From NCBI GenBank assembly GCA_043228905.1, contig JBHGNT010000010.1, positions 9,982,001 to 10,046,000 on the forward strand: a stretch of DNA of 64,000 bases, written 5' to 3'. A program made the position numbers and the translations under genes. This DNA is from Azolla caroliniana (Eukaryota; Plantae; Polypodiophyta). Every line of letters begins with the position of its first letter. The stretch's first letter is position 1. Shown in pieces: positions 15,401 to 28,021 of the stretch. The notes beneath the pieces were generated by a model. That model was not told where the DNA came from. It ran no database searches and was given only the letters and a program-made list of their open reading frames with translations.

Positions 15401-18400
15401 TTCCTGATGAAAAGGGCTACAAGTGCGGAGGAGATCCCGTTCATTTGTGAGCAGGCAAGCACAAATCTTGCAAGTGAAGAGTGCACCTGGGTAATCGACT
15501 CAAGTGCATCTTTCCATATAACTCCGTCGAGAGAGTGCTTCTCGACTTACACAGTCGGAGATCATGGTGTAAAGATGAGAGACAATGGTGAGTGCAAGAT
15601 AGTCGGCATTGGAAGTGTATGCCTGACGACGTCGACTGGTTGTCGACTGATGCTGAGGGAAGTTCGACATGTCCCCGATATCAAATTAAATCTGATATCA
15701 ACTAGAAGGTTAGATGATGAAGGCTACAGTGGTAGCTTCCGAAACGGCAAGTGGAAGTTATGCCAAGGAAACCTCATATTGGCACAAGCACAAAAAGAGG
15801 GCACACTGTATATGATGCATGCCCGACTAGGCCACATGAGTGAGAAGGGAATGCATATCCTAGCTGACCAGGAACTTCCAAAAGTGAAAGGAGTTCAATT
15901 GGAGAAGTGTGTCAACTACTTAGTCGGAAAGCATAATAGAGCAGCATTCCACATGAGACCACCAAGAAGAAGAGAAGGTGCATTGGAACTAGTGTACACC
16001 GACGTGTGCTATGTAGACACTCCACATCATGGTGGACAGTACTTCGTAACGTTTATTGACGACTATAGTCAGAAGACATGGGCCTTCATACTGAAGTCGA
16101 AGGATGAAGTACTGTCGATGTTCAAGGAGTTCCAAGCAAGAACCAAACGAGAGTCAGGTCAGAAGTTGAAGGCTGTCCGAACCGACAATGGTGGCGAATA
16201 TAGAGGGCAGTTCGAAGAATATTGCAAGGCCCAAGGTATTCGAATAGAATACACTATACCGAAGACCCCAAAGTTGAACGGGCTTGCAGAGAGGATGAAT
16301 CGAATGATCATGGAGAGAGTAAGGAGCATGCTCTCTCATGCAAAACTGCCAAAATCGTATTGGGCTGATGCGATGTATACAACTATTTATCCGATCAACA
16401 GGTCTCCCTCAATATCATTGAAAGGTGATGTCCCACAGAGGGTGTGGACAGGAAAGGATGTCTCCTACCGACACCTGAGGGTGTTTGGATGTTTGGTGTA
16501 TATGCATGTGTCTAAGGATCAGAGGTTGAAGCTCGACAGTAAGCGAAAGCATGCATATTCATGGGATACTCGGAGGACGAGTTCAGCTACAGAATGTGGG
16601 ACCTAGTCGACAGGAAGGTAGTGAGGAGTTGGGACGTAGTTTTCCCGGAAGACAAGACGATTGAGGACCGGAAGCAATAGAAGTCGGAAACAACTTCCCC
16701 ATCACCTCCCACTACTACGGACTTAAGGCTAAGTGAACCGACACAGTCGGCTGTTCGGAGACAGCCAATCGGCACAACTGAATCCGAGTTGGTCGACTTG
16801 GAGCAGTCGAACAATACAGATGAGTCGGAATCGGTAGATCTATTGAAGTCGATCGAGGACTACGAGTCAGAATCAGCTAACCCTCAACGACCGATCGACA
16901 TGAATGAACCCGAGCCGACGAGTGGAAAGAGATACCCACTCAGAGAAAGAAGAGCACCGACGACATATGCCAGTCAATACATTCTCTTGACTAATGAAGG
17001 TGAACCTGAGTGCTATGAAGAGGCCATTGCCGATGAGCACAAGGAGAAATGGCAGAGTGCGATGCAAGACGAGATGGACTCCTTGCATGAAAACTATACT
17101 TACGATTTGGTGGAGCTACCAAAAGGTAAGAGAGCACTCAAAAATAAATGGGTCTGTAAGGTAAAGACTGGAGAAGTTGACAGAGCACCCAGACATAAAG
17201 CCCGTATAGTGGTGAAGGGTTTTCAACAGAAAACGGGTGTCGACTTCAATGAAATATTCGCACCAATCGTGAAGATGACATCAATTCGAACTGTTTTGAG
17301 CATAGTTGCCAGCATGGACTTGGAGATCGAACAGTTAGATGTCAAAACAACATTCTTGCATGGGGAGTTGGATGAAGAGATTTACATGCAGTTGCCCGAA
17401 GGCTTTGAGGAGAAAGGGAAACAAAACCTGGCATGTCGACTGAAGAAAAGTTTGTATGGTCTGAAACAAGCTCCACACCAATGGTACAAGAAGTTCGAGT
17501 CCTTCATGCTGGAACATAGGTTCCACAAAACACAAGCAGATCATTGCGCGTTCGTCAAAAGGTACGATGAAGGTGACTTCTTGATTCTCTTATTGTATGT
17601 TGATGACATGTTGATAGTTGGACAAGACACGAAGAAGATTGGAAGCTTAAAGAAAGAAAGAAAGAAAGATATATTAACGTCTTTTAAGATGCCAAAATGG
17701 CCTATAAGACCAAATAAGAGATTACATTTAAGTGTTGTCTCATCTTTGACAACAAATCAAAATAAAATAAATATTACACAGTAAATATAAAAGTAAATAA
17801 AATGAAAAGAAAAGAAACAAGGGAATCTGGTTTTTGGCACATGTGAGATTCTCAAGTTAGGTATATTGTAGCTTTTGTCTTCGAAAGATCTCTAGCATAG
17901 GTCGATCCAGAATAGAAATGTCTCCGAAGCGAGGGAAGCACCTACGATGGCGGGAGATAATGGCTTTTATCTGTCGATGACAAGGGTGTCAAGGTTGTGG
18001 TTCATGGGGCCGGGGCCTACATGCACGGCAAATTGCCATTGCCCGATCAATTGTAACCCCTTTGTTATGTCCTGGTCTGGATCTCATTTCTGTATCCCGG
18101 GGTTGATTTCTAGCATTAGGAGTGATGGGGCTAAAGAAAGTTGTGATTGTTCTTTGTGGATGAGCTTGAGTGGCTGTATTCTTCAACAACTTTTCCCGAT
18201 GTCTCTTGAGCTCTAGCAAGAAAAGTCCTAAGCATCGTTGGTCCTCATATTCCATTACCTTGCGTAGTGGGCCAAAGCCTTGTTTAAAGAGGCAATGGTA
18301 TCTCCCTCTGATTTCATAAAAGACACTACAATGACAAACATAGTGTTCTTCAGATTCCATTCCTTGATGACACAATTGGCAAATTCTCTCTTCTAGAGGT

Positions 18401-21400
18401 AGTCGTGTATATCTGCCTACCTCAATCTGTAGCTGATGTGATGAAGTTCGCAGCTGCCCTATCACACTACACCGTGCATAGGATAGATGTATGTCCATAT
18501 AAGGTGGTCCGATGACAAATCCATCCTCCGATGTATGTAAGAAGTGTGTTTTATAGTGGGCCATCTTTGTTCCAAGTGGTATTTTGGGGCTGATCCATGT
18601 TATCTTGTTTTCCAAGTTAATAATATCAATTCGGATCACTCTATTCTTTTCCACTTTGGTCATATTTAGATGGGGACAGTCCAAGTTATATTGGAACGGG
18701 GGTAGTGCATTTATACTCACGCCATGTGACTCGATCCATTGCGGCATTTCAGCATACCAACAATGAGTGTCTCCATTTTTAGCCAGTTGTCTTGATGACA
18801 TAAGTGCCAACCTTGGGTACCTTCATTTAGGGAGCTTCCAAAGACGTTGGATAAATGTCACTGATCAGAACAATGCCTCGGTTATTAAAGAATGTGTTAG
18901 GCAAGTCGTTTGCCATGAAACATCTTGGACCGGCGAAGCAGATCTTAGGGATGCACATAGTTCCGGACAAAACTAAGAAAGAGTTGTGGTTGTCACAAGA
19001 GAAATATGTGACGAAGATCCTAGAGAGATTCAACATGTCAGAAGCAAAGCCAGTTGGCTCTATGTTGCCGGCCATCGGCAATCTAATGTATGCTATGGTC
19101 TGCACGAGACTAGACATAGCTTTTCTTGTGGGGGCAGTAAGCCGATATATGAGTAATCTAGGACGAGAACATTGGGCAGCCGTCAAATGGATACTCGGGT
19201 ACTTGAAAGGCATCTCGGGGTTATGCCTAAGGTATGGTGTCGGAAAACCTATGCTCGAAGGTTTTACCGATTCGGACATGTCGGGGCATGCAGATTCAAG
19301 TCGATCCACATCAGGGTATGTGATAACGTATGCAGGGGGAGCAGTGTCGTGGCAGTCACAACTTTAGAAATTTGTGGCCTTGTCGACTACAGATGCAGAG
19401 TATATGGCAGCGGTAGAGGCCGGCAAAGAGCTGATTTGGATGAGAAACTTTCTCAGTGAATTGGGAATGAAGCAAAAGGAGTTTTTGCTTCATTGCGACA
19501 GCCAAAGTGCCATACATCTAGCCATACAAAGTATATTTCTATCCAATGTGGCCTACAACTTGTTTCTCACTACAATTGGGTGTATAATGAATGTCAAGTT
19601 CGGCTCGTTGACTGGTGACTTAATAGAAAAAGTCTTGTGTGGCACCCTTTAGTTTTACAATTTCAGGTCAACAAGGTATGGTTTAAAAGCTGAAGAAGAC
19701 TTATATGGCTTGAAACAAGCTCTCAAGTCGTGTCTTGAAACAACATCTTGATTGCAAGCAGTTGCAAAAAGCTTTTGGTTGGCAGGCAGTTCATGAAGCT
19801 AAGGTCCAGCCTGGAAAAGAGGCGTATTCCTCAATATGGAAACAAAAAATGGATATGAAGAAGGACATCAAACTAGCATACAGGTCAGCATTGGACATGA
19901 CCGGTGAGGTTTAGGAACAAGACATCATTAGCCATGTAGACACCCCTCAAGAGGTGGTTACTCGTGAAGATGCAACAGAATTTCACATATTCAGGAAGTT
20001 CGTGAAGCTAGAATCCAGCATGGAAAGACGGCATACTCAATATGGAAGCAGAAACCAAGATTACAAAGAATATCAAACAAGCATACAACTCAGGATTGGA
20101 CGTGATCAGTGAGTGAGGTTCATCATATCTTGTTGAAATGGGAACACGATGTCATTAATCATGTAGACACCCTTCAAGAGTTGTTGCTCCCACTCCACCT
20201 GAAATTATTGACTTAATATTGATTGAAGCCTTAGATCTCCACTCATCTCTTCCCACTCTCCATGTTGAAGCAATCAGGATAAACCATACCCCAATTCTTC
20301 CTCTTGTGGGCTTTCTTTTTCAGTGAAAGACCAAACAAATATATATATTCCAAAAAATAAAATGCAGTCATCATGGTCAAGAGTGGAATTTTCAGCTATG
20401 GCCATCCAGTTAGTTATCTGGAGACTATAGCATTGTGAAAATATTATCTGGCTGTATTTTGACAGTTAAACACAGCACAAAATATCATTACTATTTGCCT
20501 GTGTCACATGGAGTAAGCTAGATACATCTTATATTAAAACAAGATGCATTACGATAGCAAGTGGACCTATAAAATGTTCCTAATGTCTAATAGAATTATA
20601 TGAATAAAATCATGCCTATCTTGGGCTTTGGTCAGAATGCAGAGCATAATACATACATTGGCTGTATGCAACTACCATTGCCTTTATTGGGATGCAGCAT
20701 CTTGCACGAAGAAATTTTGGCCAATCTCCACATCTCCGATCTTCACCGTCACATCCGAACAAGCCGCAAATAGATCTTCACCGTCACATTCTCTAGTGAT
20801 AATCTATTCTCAGAATATTTTGACAAAACTATTTACTTTTGTTCTGTTTATAATATGGACAAAATTGATAACCAACATTTATAGTCACTCCGGGTATTTA
20901 ACATGCCATATCTTCCCATTATTACTAATAGTGAAGATGCCAACTCAAGCCTGTGAGATCTTTAAATCACGCCTTGCTTACTTTGAAAATAAATTGCAAG
21001 ATGGATTCATAACTTCCACTAAAGAATCCACATTGTCATGCTATAACGTGAGCATATAGTTTAGCATAGTACTTACCATCTTCATTCACAATTCCCATCA
21101 GAATGGCCCAGGACTGAGTCTTCAACAAAGCATCCAACACCATGGACACATCCCTTGCTCTGTCATTAAAGAACATGTGCAACTTTTAATGATTAACATA
21201 ATGTAACTCATGAAAAATTCATAACAATCTGCATTGAAGATGCATCACTATTAATCACCTCCTTAATGCCTCCCCCTTGGATTCAAATGCCCCCTTAGAT
21301 ATAAATGCATGATACAGAAGTTTCAGATACTTCGTAGCTGTTTTCTGAGCATCAGACTGATCATAAAGCCAAGAAGGGCAGTAACATCAATAATATGTAA

Positions 21401-24400
21401 TATCCGAGAAAAGAATATATATTTCAAATATATTTGCCATTATTCTTACCTGAACCTTACATAAGCCACCATTTTCATCAACCAACTCATCCAGTTCCAC
21501 TGATCAAATGAAAATGTCAATATTTCGTGATACATATATACAACAGTGCATAATATGGCTCTTCTGTACCGTGTTCCTCAGTGTCCTTCCCAATATCTGA
21601 CAACTCCATTGATGTGTCCACCTTAGCTTCCTCCACCTGCTTTTTGCTGCTATCCATACGTGATTCTTCTTCAGACTTTTCTTCAACCATGACAGGTTCT
21701 GGATCATCTTCACTATAATCACTATCCACAATGGTGGGCGGAGTCATTGAATCACCTCCAATGAATCCTCGACATTCACGGGAACCGCATAGACATTTTT
21801 TTGCTGCTGCACCATACACTCTTACAAAATTATAGTCGAATGTGATCTCTTCTCCCTGTAACATGCAGGGAAAATGTATGTAGTGTCAGATGCAAACGAG
21901 TAAAAGATGATGTGTTAAGCCAAATGATTAGTGAGGAGATAAATTGCATGAGAGATCTAACATACAAAATGAATGGAAAGAGGAAATGGAAGAGACAGTG
22001 CAAAGAGGGTGAAAAAAGAAAGAAAAAAAAAGTTATATGCCCTTTTGAAGAAAGAATTTCATGAAGCTTTAAATGAAATCGAGAACCTTGAGAAAGACAA
22101 TTGATTGTGAAAGTATGATCCTCGTCATGGGCTCAGCCCCAGATTCCTGTGGATGTTAAAAAATCTGTCCATCTCTTTGTTCCATTCATATTGGGACTTT
22201 CCCCAGTGGTAAGTCACAGTATCTATTTCAGGTACAGTTTTATAATTTGTTTTTATTTTGCCATTCTATAAGATTCAGATGAATGTAACTTTTGGTCTCA
22301 AAGCTCAATTGGGCCTTTAGAAGACACTCTTATAACATTTCATTTCGTTAATGCTTGCAACAGGGTTCAACTGGCAATAAGTTCCACTGATTTACCAAAT
22401 GACACTGCAGAATGTAGGGGTTGAATAATTGACCTTATGGTCTCTGCCAGACAACCTTAGCAATTGAGCTACATCCTCCCTTTCCCTCCATTTTATTTGT
22501 TTTTATTCAGGCCAAAAGATGTGTACTTATTTTCTTGAAGATTTTCCAGCTCACAATGTAACATGCAGCAGTAATAATTGCACTAAGTTACTAAATAGCA
22601 ATGTGAGATACACAGGTTGGATGCATCGCCTTATGGTCTCTTGCAAACAACCTTAGCAATTGAGTTACATCTCCCTCCCTCCCTCCCTTCTATCTGTTTT
22701 CCTTCAGGCCAAAAGATCGTGCTAATTTTCTTCAAGATTTTTCACCTCACAATGTGACATGCAGTAGTAATACAAAATTCTAAAATAGGTGTCTAGCTAT
22801 TTTATAAGGAGATAGGGCACACCATCTTAAGATCTCTGATGGCGAAAATTCCAATGCACACTTCACCATTTACAATCCACTGCCAAAACAGTATCCTAAC
22901 AGAGTCAGATCACAATGTAAACAAAAATGAATGTACATTGTAATTGCTGAAGTTTTTACAACCTTCTCTGTTCGACAGTTGGGCTCACAACTGTGGTTGA
23001 TGAATCGCCCCAAGTTCCCTTTACTACAAGCATCAATAACCTTCAAATGATGATTATCTAGAATCAGAACAGTGTGATGAAATGAAAGCACGTAGCATCA
23101 TCATTCAAGCCTCCAAAATGTACAGCATCGGCCATGATGTACAGCCACAATCCTGATGTGGAATTGAAAACAAGCAGAAATTACCTCGTTATTGTTCAAT
23201 GTCATGAAATAGTAATGCTTTTGCCCTCTCAAGGCATACTCTTTCTGCCGAATTTCATAAGCAATGATATCCAGCACCTACAAAAAGCATGCAACATTTA
23301 TTACAAGTACGAATGTTATACAAATAAAAAATTCCTAGTTTTCATATCTTCTTCTAATTCATTACCTCTCCTACATACTCAATAATGAAGGTCCCCATAT
23401 GGACATCCTCTTGTACATGTAAGCCAAAACCCTTCTTTCCGCAACGCACTAATCCAACTTTTGAATATAGCATTTTTTGAAACTGCAAGTCAAGATGCAG
23501 TTAACAAGCATGAATTTTTTAAAATTGTTGTTTTACATACCCCATATATACCTGTTGGTTGGAGCAGCAGTTCCCGCAAGGACAGGTCTGAGCTATGCAT
23601 TCAACATTCATGATGCGATTCAAACAATCATCTCCACAACCCATGTCACCATCACGAGGTGGCATGCAATTACAAACGGATTGCTACAATCAATTAAAAC
23701 AATGGCAGACTAGATCAAAAATGAGATGAAACATAGCATAAATGAAATCCCACACCACAGTTGAAAAGGAGTGACAGGTCAAAAGTGATGGAAAAAAGCG
23801 GTCAACCATAATCAAATTATCAATGCCTTAAATGAAGGCTGTAACTGAAATAATACAGTTTGGCCCAAAACATCTTGTCTAATTCACATATATTCCTGTT
23901 CTTTTTCTTGAAAACCTCCGTATATGAATGCTCCCAAGGAGAAAGCCCCAAAAATCTGCTCTGAAACCAACAACCTAGACATCAATCCATGATAACTACA
24001 GGTTACACAAGAAACCACTTACTCAAATGACTCAACACCAAGGAGGAAAAGGTATTCACTTGTGTTCTATTTGGGGAACTTTCCCCTTGAAACCACGTAA
24101 ACAACCTGTCTGAACACAGATGTCAATGCATATGATGCATCACCCACAAGGGACTTCAGCCCACAAACTAGAGATAATGAAGGACAAGCTTTTACCACTA
24201 GACCATGTGAAGGACATCGTGCTTTTCATTTTGCTTCTCAACCACACTCTAAGATTTGCATGTTTCAAACCTTCCCTTCCATAGACAAAGGGTTTCTTTT
24301 GCACCCATGGAGAACCTACATGCATCCAGATTCCATATGAAAGAGTACTCAAACTGAAAGTAGTCGTTCACCTTCCTCTCATTTGTTCGCTCACCTTTTT

Positions 24401-25474
24401 AGATTATTTAAATGGGACCTTTTACACATAGTTTTTTCCAAAGTTTCTCTTCACACTTTTACATAGACCACTCTATATCAAGCCAAAAAATATTGCAAAC
24501 ATCATAAAACTTTGTATTCAGGCAGAAATATGCATATTTAAAAAGTAAACATTCACAGAAAAAACTTTTACACTTCAGAATGCATCTTCAAATCCTGGAT
24601 GCATACAGATTCACAGTTCATAGCTGCCATTTTGAACTTCCGAATGCATCCTCAAATTGTGATGCATACAGATTCATAGTTTATAGCTGCCATTGTGAAG
24701 TTTTTACATTGCAGTAGAAGAGCCTTAAAGCAAATAATAAAGCCTCACGCTAAAATTAACATTAACAGCACATCTACAAGTAAAACAATGATTTGTGCAC
24801 CTTTTATAATTGTGTGTTTGAATAGTGTTAATTGTGTTCATGTTAATTTTACACGTTAATAGTGGTGATTGTTAAAAGAAAACAATAGACCAGTTTCTGC
24901 CATCAAAACATTAAGAATACATCTGTAAGTGTACCAGAGACTTGTCACATAACCTCATCACTTACCTCATCAATGGTTTCTGACTTCCTTCGACGATGAT
25001 GAAAAACATTATGCTTAATCAATGTCCATACAGTCCCTGGTTGCCCTGCATATCGTACACAGTATCATCACTTAGAACGTTTATGTATGTACATAGAAGC
25101 TAGCCCCATTATTTAGACACTTACTGTGATTATCTAAACCCTTTGAATTACTTGAGTCTACTGCACGATACTTTCCATCACCTTCCTCACATGTGGAGTG
25201 CTCAGAAAAGTCTAGGTCTAGTTCTGCATTAATCTCTGAGTTAGACTTCTCTTGAGGCACAGAGCAATCTGCAAAAATTTTATTTGGGTTCTCTTTACAT
25301 GACCTAGATTGAAGAACACAAACATAAAGAATTGTTAACACAGGAAAATGTTGGACATCCAAAAAAGACAACACGTTCAACCACATAAAACAAACACTAA
25401 CTAGTCCACATTGAAGTGCAGGTATCGGAAACATATAGAGAGAAAGAAAGAAAGAAAGACATATTAACGTCTTC

Positions 25475-25511
<37 letters not shown>

Positions 25512-26752
25512 CATATATAGTGATTACTGCAAATTACTGGGATTGAGGTAGCTCATTTGGTCCATATAAACAGAATGCAAAAGGGGGTTGAATAATAGCC
25601 TTTACATAAGTGACAAACATGACTATCCTATTCAATCTTTTCTTTCCTTTTACAATTCAATGCACAAGACTTCTAGATGTCTATCAGACAATATTAATGA
25701 ATGGAACCTATTTGCTAGATGCTAGAGCAGATACAAGAATCTTTACCAGCCACAATTGGTAGCTTCAATATGCTCTGCTAACACAGAAGGAATGCAACGC
25801 CACTTATGACAAATGTCACATAAGACCCACGCATCATCATGCTCCAAATCCTTCTTCTTGTTTCCTATTTCATAAGTCATTAAATGTTTCTTTCCTTCAC
25901 CTTCTATGAGACCACTAGAAACTTCCTCCCCAACAACATTGTTATCAGCATCTTGCTCAGCAGCATGTATGTGGTTCTCAACAACACTATGTACAGTCTC
26001 TAAGCTTGTACTTAGTTCCTTTGTAACTCTGGCACTGCCATCTTGAGGCACATGTGTTTGTTCATTCAGAAAGTCTGGATGATTTTGTGTGGATGATGAT
26101 GTTGAATCCTCAACATACTTTATCATGTGGCCTTGGTGTAATTTGAGTTCTTTGGATATTCTTATCCACCGCAGACCATGCTTGTGCTTAAGATCCTTGT
26201 GCTTTAAGGATCTCTGCTTTGTCAATTTGGGGATGCCGCTGATATCAATATTTCCATGAGCTAATGCCAGTGTGGTCATCTTCTGAATCCTGCGCTTCAT
26301 CTCTGTACCCTGTCTATTCAATCTGCCTTTCATTACAGCTACCAATCCAACTACCCCTGCAGCTCTACATAGTTCTTTCCTCCTCTTGGAACTTATATCC
26401 AATAAATCAATGTCAGGTTGAACTGCACCCATTCTTCTCTTCCTTTTTGGCAGGATATCCAGACATGCCTGTTTATCCCACGCATCCTTGATGTCATTTG
26501 AGCTAGTTAACTGAGATTCCCTCCATTGTGGAGATTCCTCTGTAGAATGTGCTACTGTCTGCTTTTTTAATACATTCTGGCTCCTTTTAAAGGGCTGAAT
26601 CGTATCTATGTCTGCCTCGATGGCTAGCTTGCCAGTTTGGGTATTGCAGAACTCTCCGCATAACTCATCAAATTCATATCCATTTTCTTCATTGTATTCA
26701 TAAATTGATGCATCAGAGAAGTATTTAGTATCATCATCATCATCCAATAAAC
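3423..26752 (-). CDS. ASHH2: ASHH2/SDG8/EFS-like histone H3K36 methyltransferase (zf-CW, AWS, SET, post-SET, conserved helical block, long low-complexity C-terminus); 17 coding exons, ~1290 codons, start codon not resolved
   Basis: Hand-spliced GT-AG exons with consistent phases: 26752-25747, 25303-25125, 25045-24966, 23683-23552, 23482-23366, 23277-23185, 23040-22963, 22879-22823, 21855-21570, 21499-21450, 21344(or 21356)-21259, 21159-21077, 8618-8539, 5261-5191, 5089-5044, 4938-4860, 4765-3423. Motifs: [16 protein letters not shown]...WSCKENP...[17 protein letters not shown]; [17 protein letters not shown]...[12 protein letters not shown]; [42 protein letters not shown]; post-[18 protein letters not shown]; ASHH2-like block [48 protein letters not shown]. 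Confidence 0.93.
7980..8150. repeat. Direct tandem duplication, ~88-bp unit x2
   Basis: CCTTCCCTAGAAYATCCCCATGAATAATCAA...GCAGGTACC...CTTCTATACATGG occurs twice back to back. Confidence 0.8.
8800..9600 (-). mobile_element. Degenerate RTE/RTEX-like LINE fragment in ASHH2 intron
   Basis: Minus-strand remnants [34 protein letters not shown] (decayed YADD) and [15 protein letters not shown]. Confidence 0.65.
10625..11000 (+). repeat. Locally duplicated tRNA-like (SINE-like) repeat cluster
   Basis: TTTAGCCTAAAGGTCGAGGGTTCGATTC (B-box-like) and derivatives recur about three times with the shared CTCATCACTAC block. Confidence 0.45.
11380..13420. repeat. Long diverged inverted repeat (arms ~0.8-1.1 kb, spacer ~12195-12290)
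   Basis: Colinear reverse-complement matches: 11590-11655 vs 12865-12985, 11680-11750 vs 12770-12840, 11905-11930 vs 12590-12615, 11990-12090 vs 12385-12490, 12120-12193 vs 12290-12360; GAT-rich left end mirrors CAT-rich right end. Confidence 0.8.
12874..12949. repeat. 27-bp tandem repeat, ~2.8 copies
   Basis: CTTGATTTTGAAAGTGGTTTCAATATG repeated. Confidence 0.9.
13657..14326 (+). repeat. 5' LTR of copia-1
   Basis: TG...CA ends, followed by AAC and PBS; internal degenerate CCGAC/GTCGG repeats. Confidence 0.88.
14985..15265 (-). mobile_element. 5'-truncated RTEX-like LINE 3' end (~280 bp) inserted in copia-1 gag
   Basis: Near-identical to 17650-17925; (TTTC)n tail on the minus strand; GGAGA present on both flanks as candidate TSD. 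Confidence 0.88.
17650..18885 (-). mobile_element. 5'-truncated RTEX-like LINE (ORF2 C-terminus with CCHC finger, 3' UTR, (TTTC)n tail) inserted in copia-1 RT
   Basis: ORF 17989-18810: [35 protein letters not shown]; TTAAAGAA duplicated at both junctions; copia RT resumes (KKIGSLK / [13 protein letters not shown]). Confidence 0.92.
19785..20190. repeat. Diverged direct duplication, ~210-bp unit x2
   Basis: AGTTCRTGAAGCTA..TCCAGC.TGGAAA...CATGTAGACACCC.TCAAGAG occurs twice. Confidence 0.7.
22415..22775 (-). repeat. Two tandem tRNA-derived SINE-like copies in ASHH2 intron
   Basis: Minus strand GGATGTAGCTCAATTGCTAAGGTTGT..AGACCATAAGG (A-box-like tRNA head) plus ~130 bp shared flank, present twice. 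Confidence 0.5.
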
Positions 26753-27544
26753 CTGTGAAGTGAGACAAATCTGCTATTTTGCTTAGCTGGCAAATCGGTA
26801 GCTCTATGAGCTTTTTCATCTTCAGCAGTGTAGAAAATAGACCCTGATACAAAGAAACATACTGCGTGTGTGATCAGAAATATCAGCTTGGAGAACAAAA
26901 GAATGGGTTGCACATTTATATCAGATTTCAATGTGCATGTCAAGCATCTCGAAAACACAACATCTTTCCATCCCTAAACCAAGTGATCAACAAATGATTA
27001 TCAGTTCAAGTGCACTTCCATTTTCTTTCTTCAATTGAAATGAAGGTACAAAAATATATATGCTTAGATACAAATTATCAAACATTCATGTCGCTATGAG
27101 AAAATAGAGTGCAAAAAACAGGAACTTCATAGATGTTCCACGACAAACACATTTCAAGAGATGGAAACAATGTAGAAGAGGGACTATTTATCTGCAACAT
27201 ACATGTATGCATACATAAACTTGGCCTTTTTCACATGAGTGAAGAAGTGTAGGAAAACCCTAATAAATCATGCTTGTGCAAACAATTGAGTTTGTACATG
27301 TGACATAGAACAGAGCCCAAAGGATAATAATTGAAGAAGAAAAGCACGTATGCATATTCAAAGCCTTCATCACAAGTCCCCTGCAACGAAAAAGAAGATG
27401 CATACCTGTTTCTATGTTTGCCCCTCGCTTTAGGATATGGAAAACAACCCATGAGAGATTGATTGATAGAGAGAGAGAGAGAGAGAGAGCACAACCTTCA
27501 GAACTCTCGTTGAAGCAGAGGCAAAAGATACAGAGAGAAAGACA

Positions 27545-27984
27545 GCGATTTTGTTCAAAGGGGTTCCTTTCCTTCATTCATTCATTCATTTCATTTACAG
27601 CATTTTTCTCCACCATTGGAAATGCTGTAGTAACATACACAGTACAATGCGTATGTACGCGATTATGTTCGACGGGGTTCCTTTCCTTCATTCATTCATT
27701 CATTCATTCATTCATTCATTTACAGCATTTTCTAGTCCATTGGAAACGCTCTGTATTTATACGATTATGCTCAAAGGGGGTTCCTTTCCTTCAATCATTC
27801 ATTTACAGCATTTCCTAGTCCACTAGAAATGCTGTATGTATACATACATATGTTCAAAGGGGTTCCTTTCCTTCATTCATTTACAGCATTTTCTAGTCCA
27901 TTGGAAACGTTGTATGTATGTATGTATGTATTTATGTATATGAGGAGATAGTTTTGAGTGGCAAGGCCATGTTTGTGGCACACC

Positions 27985-28020
<36 letters not shown>
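27545..28020. repeat. Minisatellite (~90-120-bp units x4) with (TTCA)n, (TATG)n, (TG)n and (AG)n microsatellites
   Basis: GTTCAAAGGGGTTCCTTTCCTTCATTCATTTACAGCATTTTCT recurs near 27553, 27667, 27770 and 27852. Confidence 0.85.

Positions 28021-28021
<1 letters not shown>

Larger units (their letters stand above)
13657..19525 (+). mobile_element. Ty1/copia retrotransposon (copia-1), decayed and 3'-truncated, antisense to ASHH2 within its 12.5-kb intron
   Basis: 5' LTR 13657-14326 (TGTTAG...TTAACA), PBS TGGTATCAGAGC at 14330 (tRNA-iMet), gag ATG 14355, [44 protein letters not shown] and YVDD, RNase H to ~19525; stops and frameshifts; no 3' LTR; two LINE insertions. Protein is closely related to copia-3. 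Confidence 0.93.
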
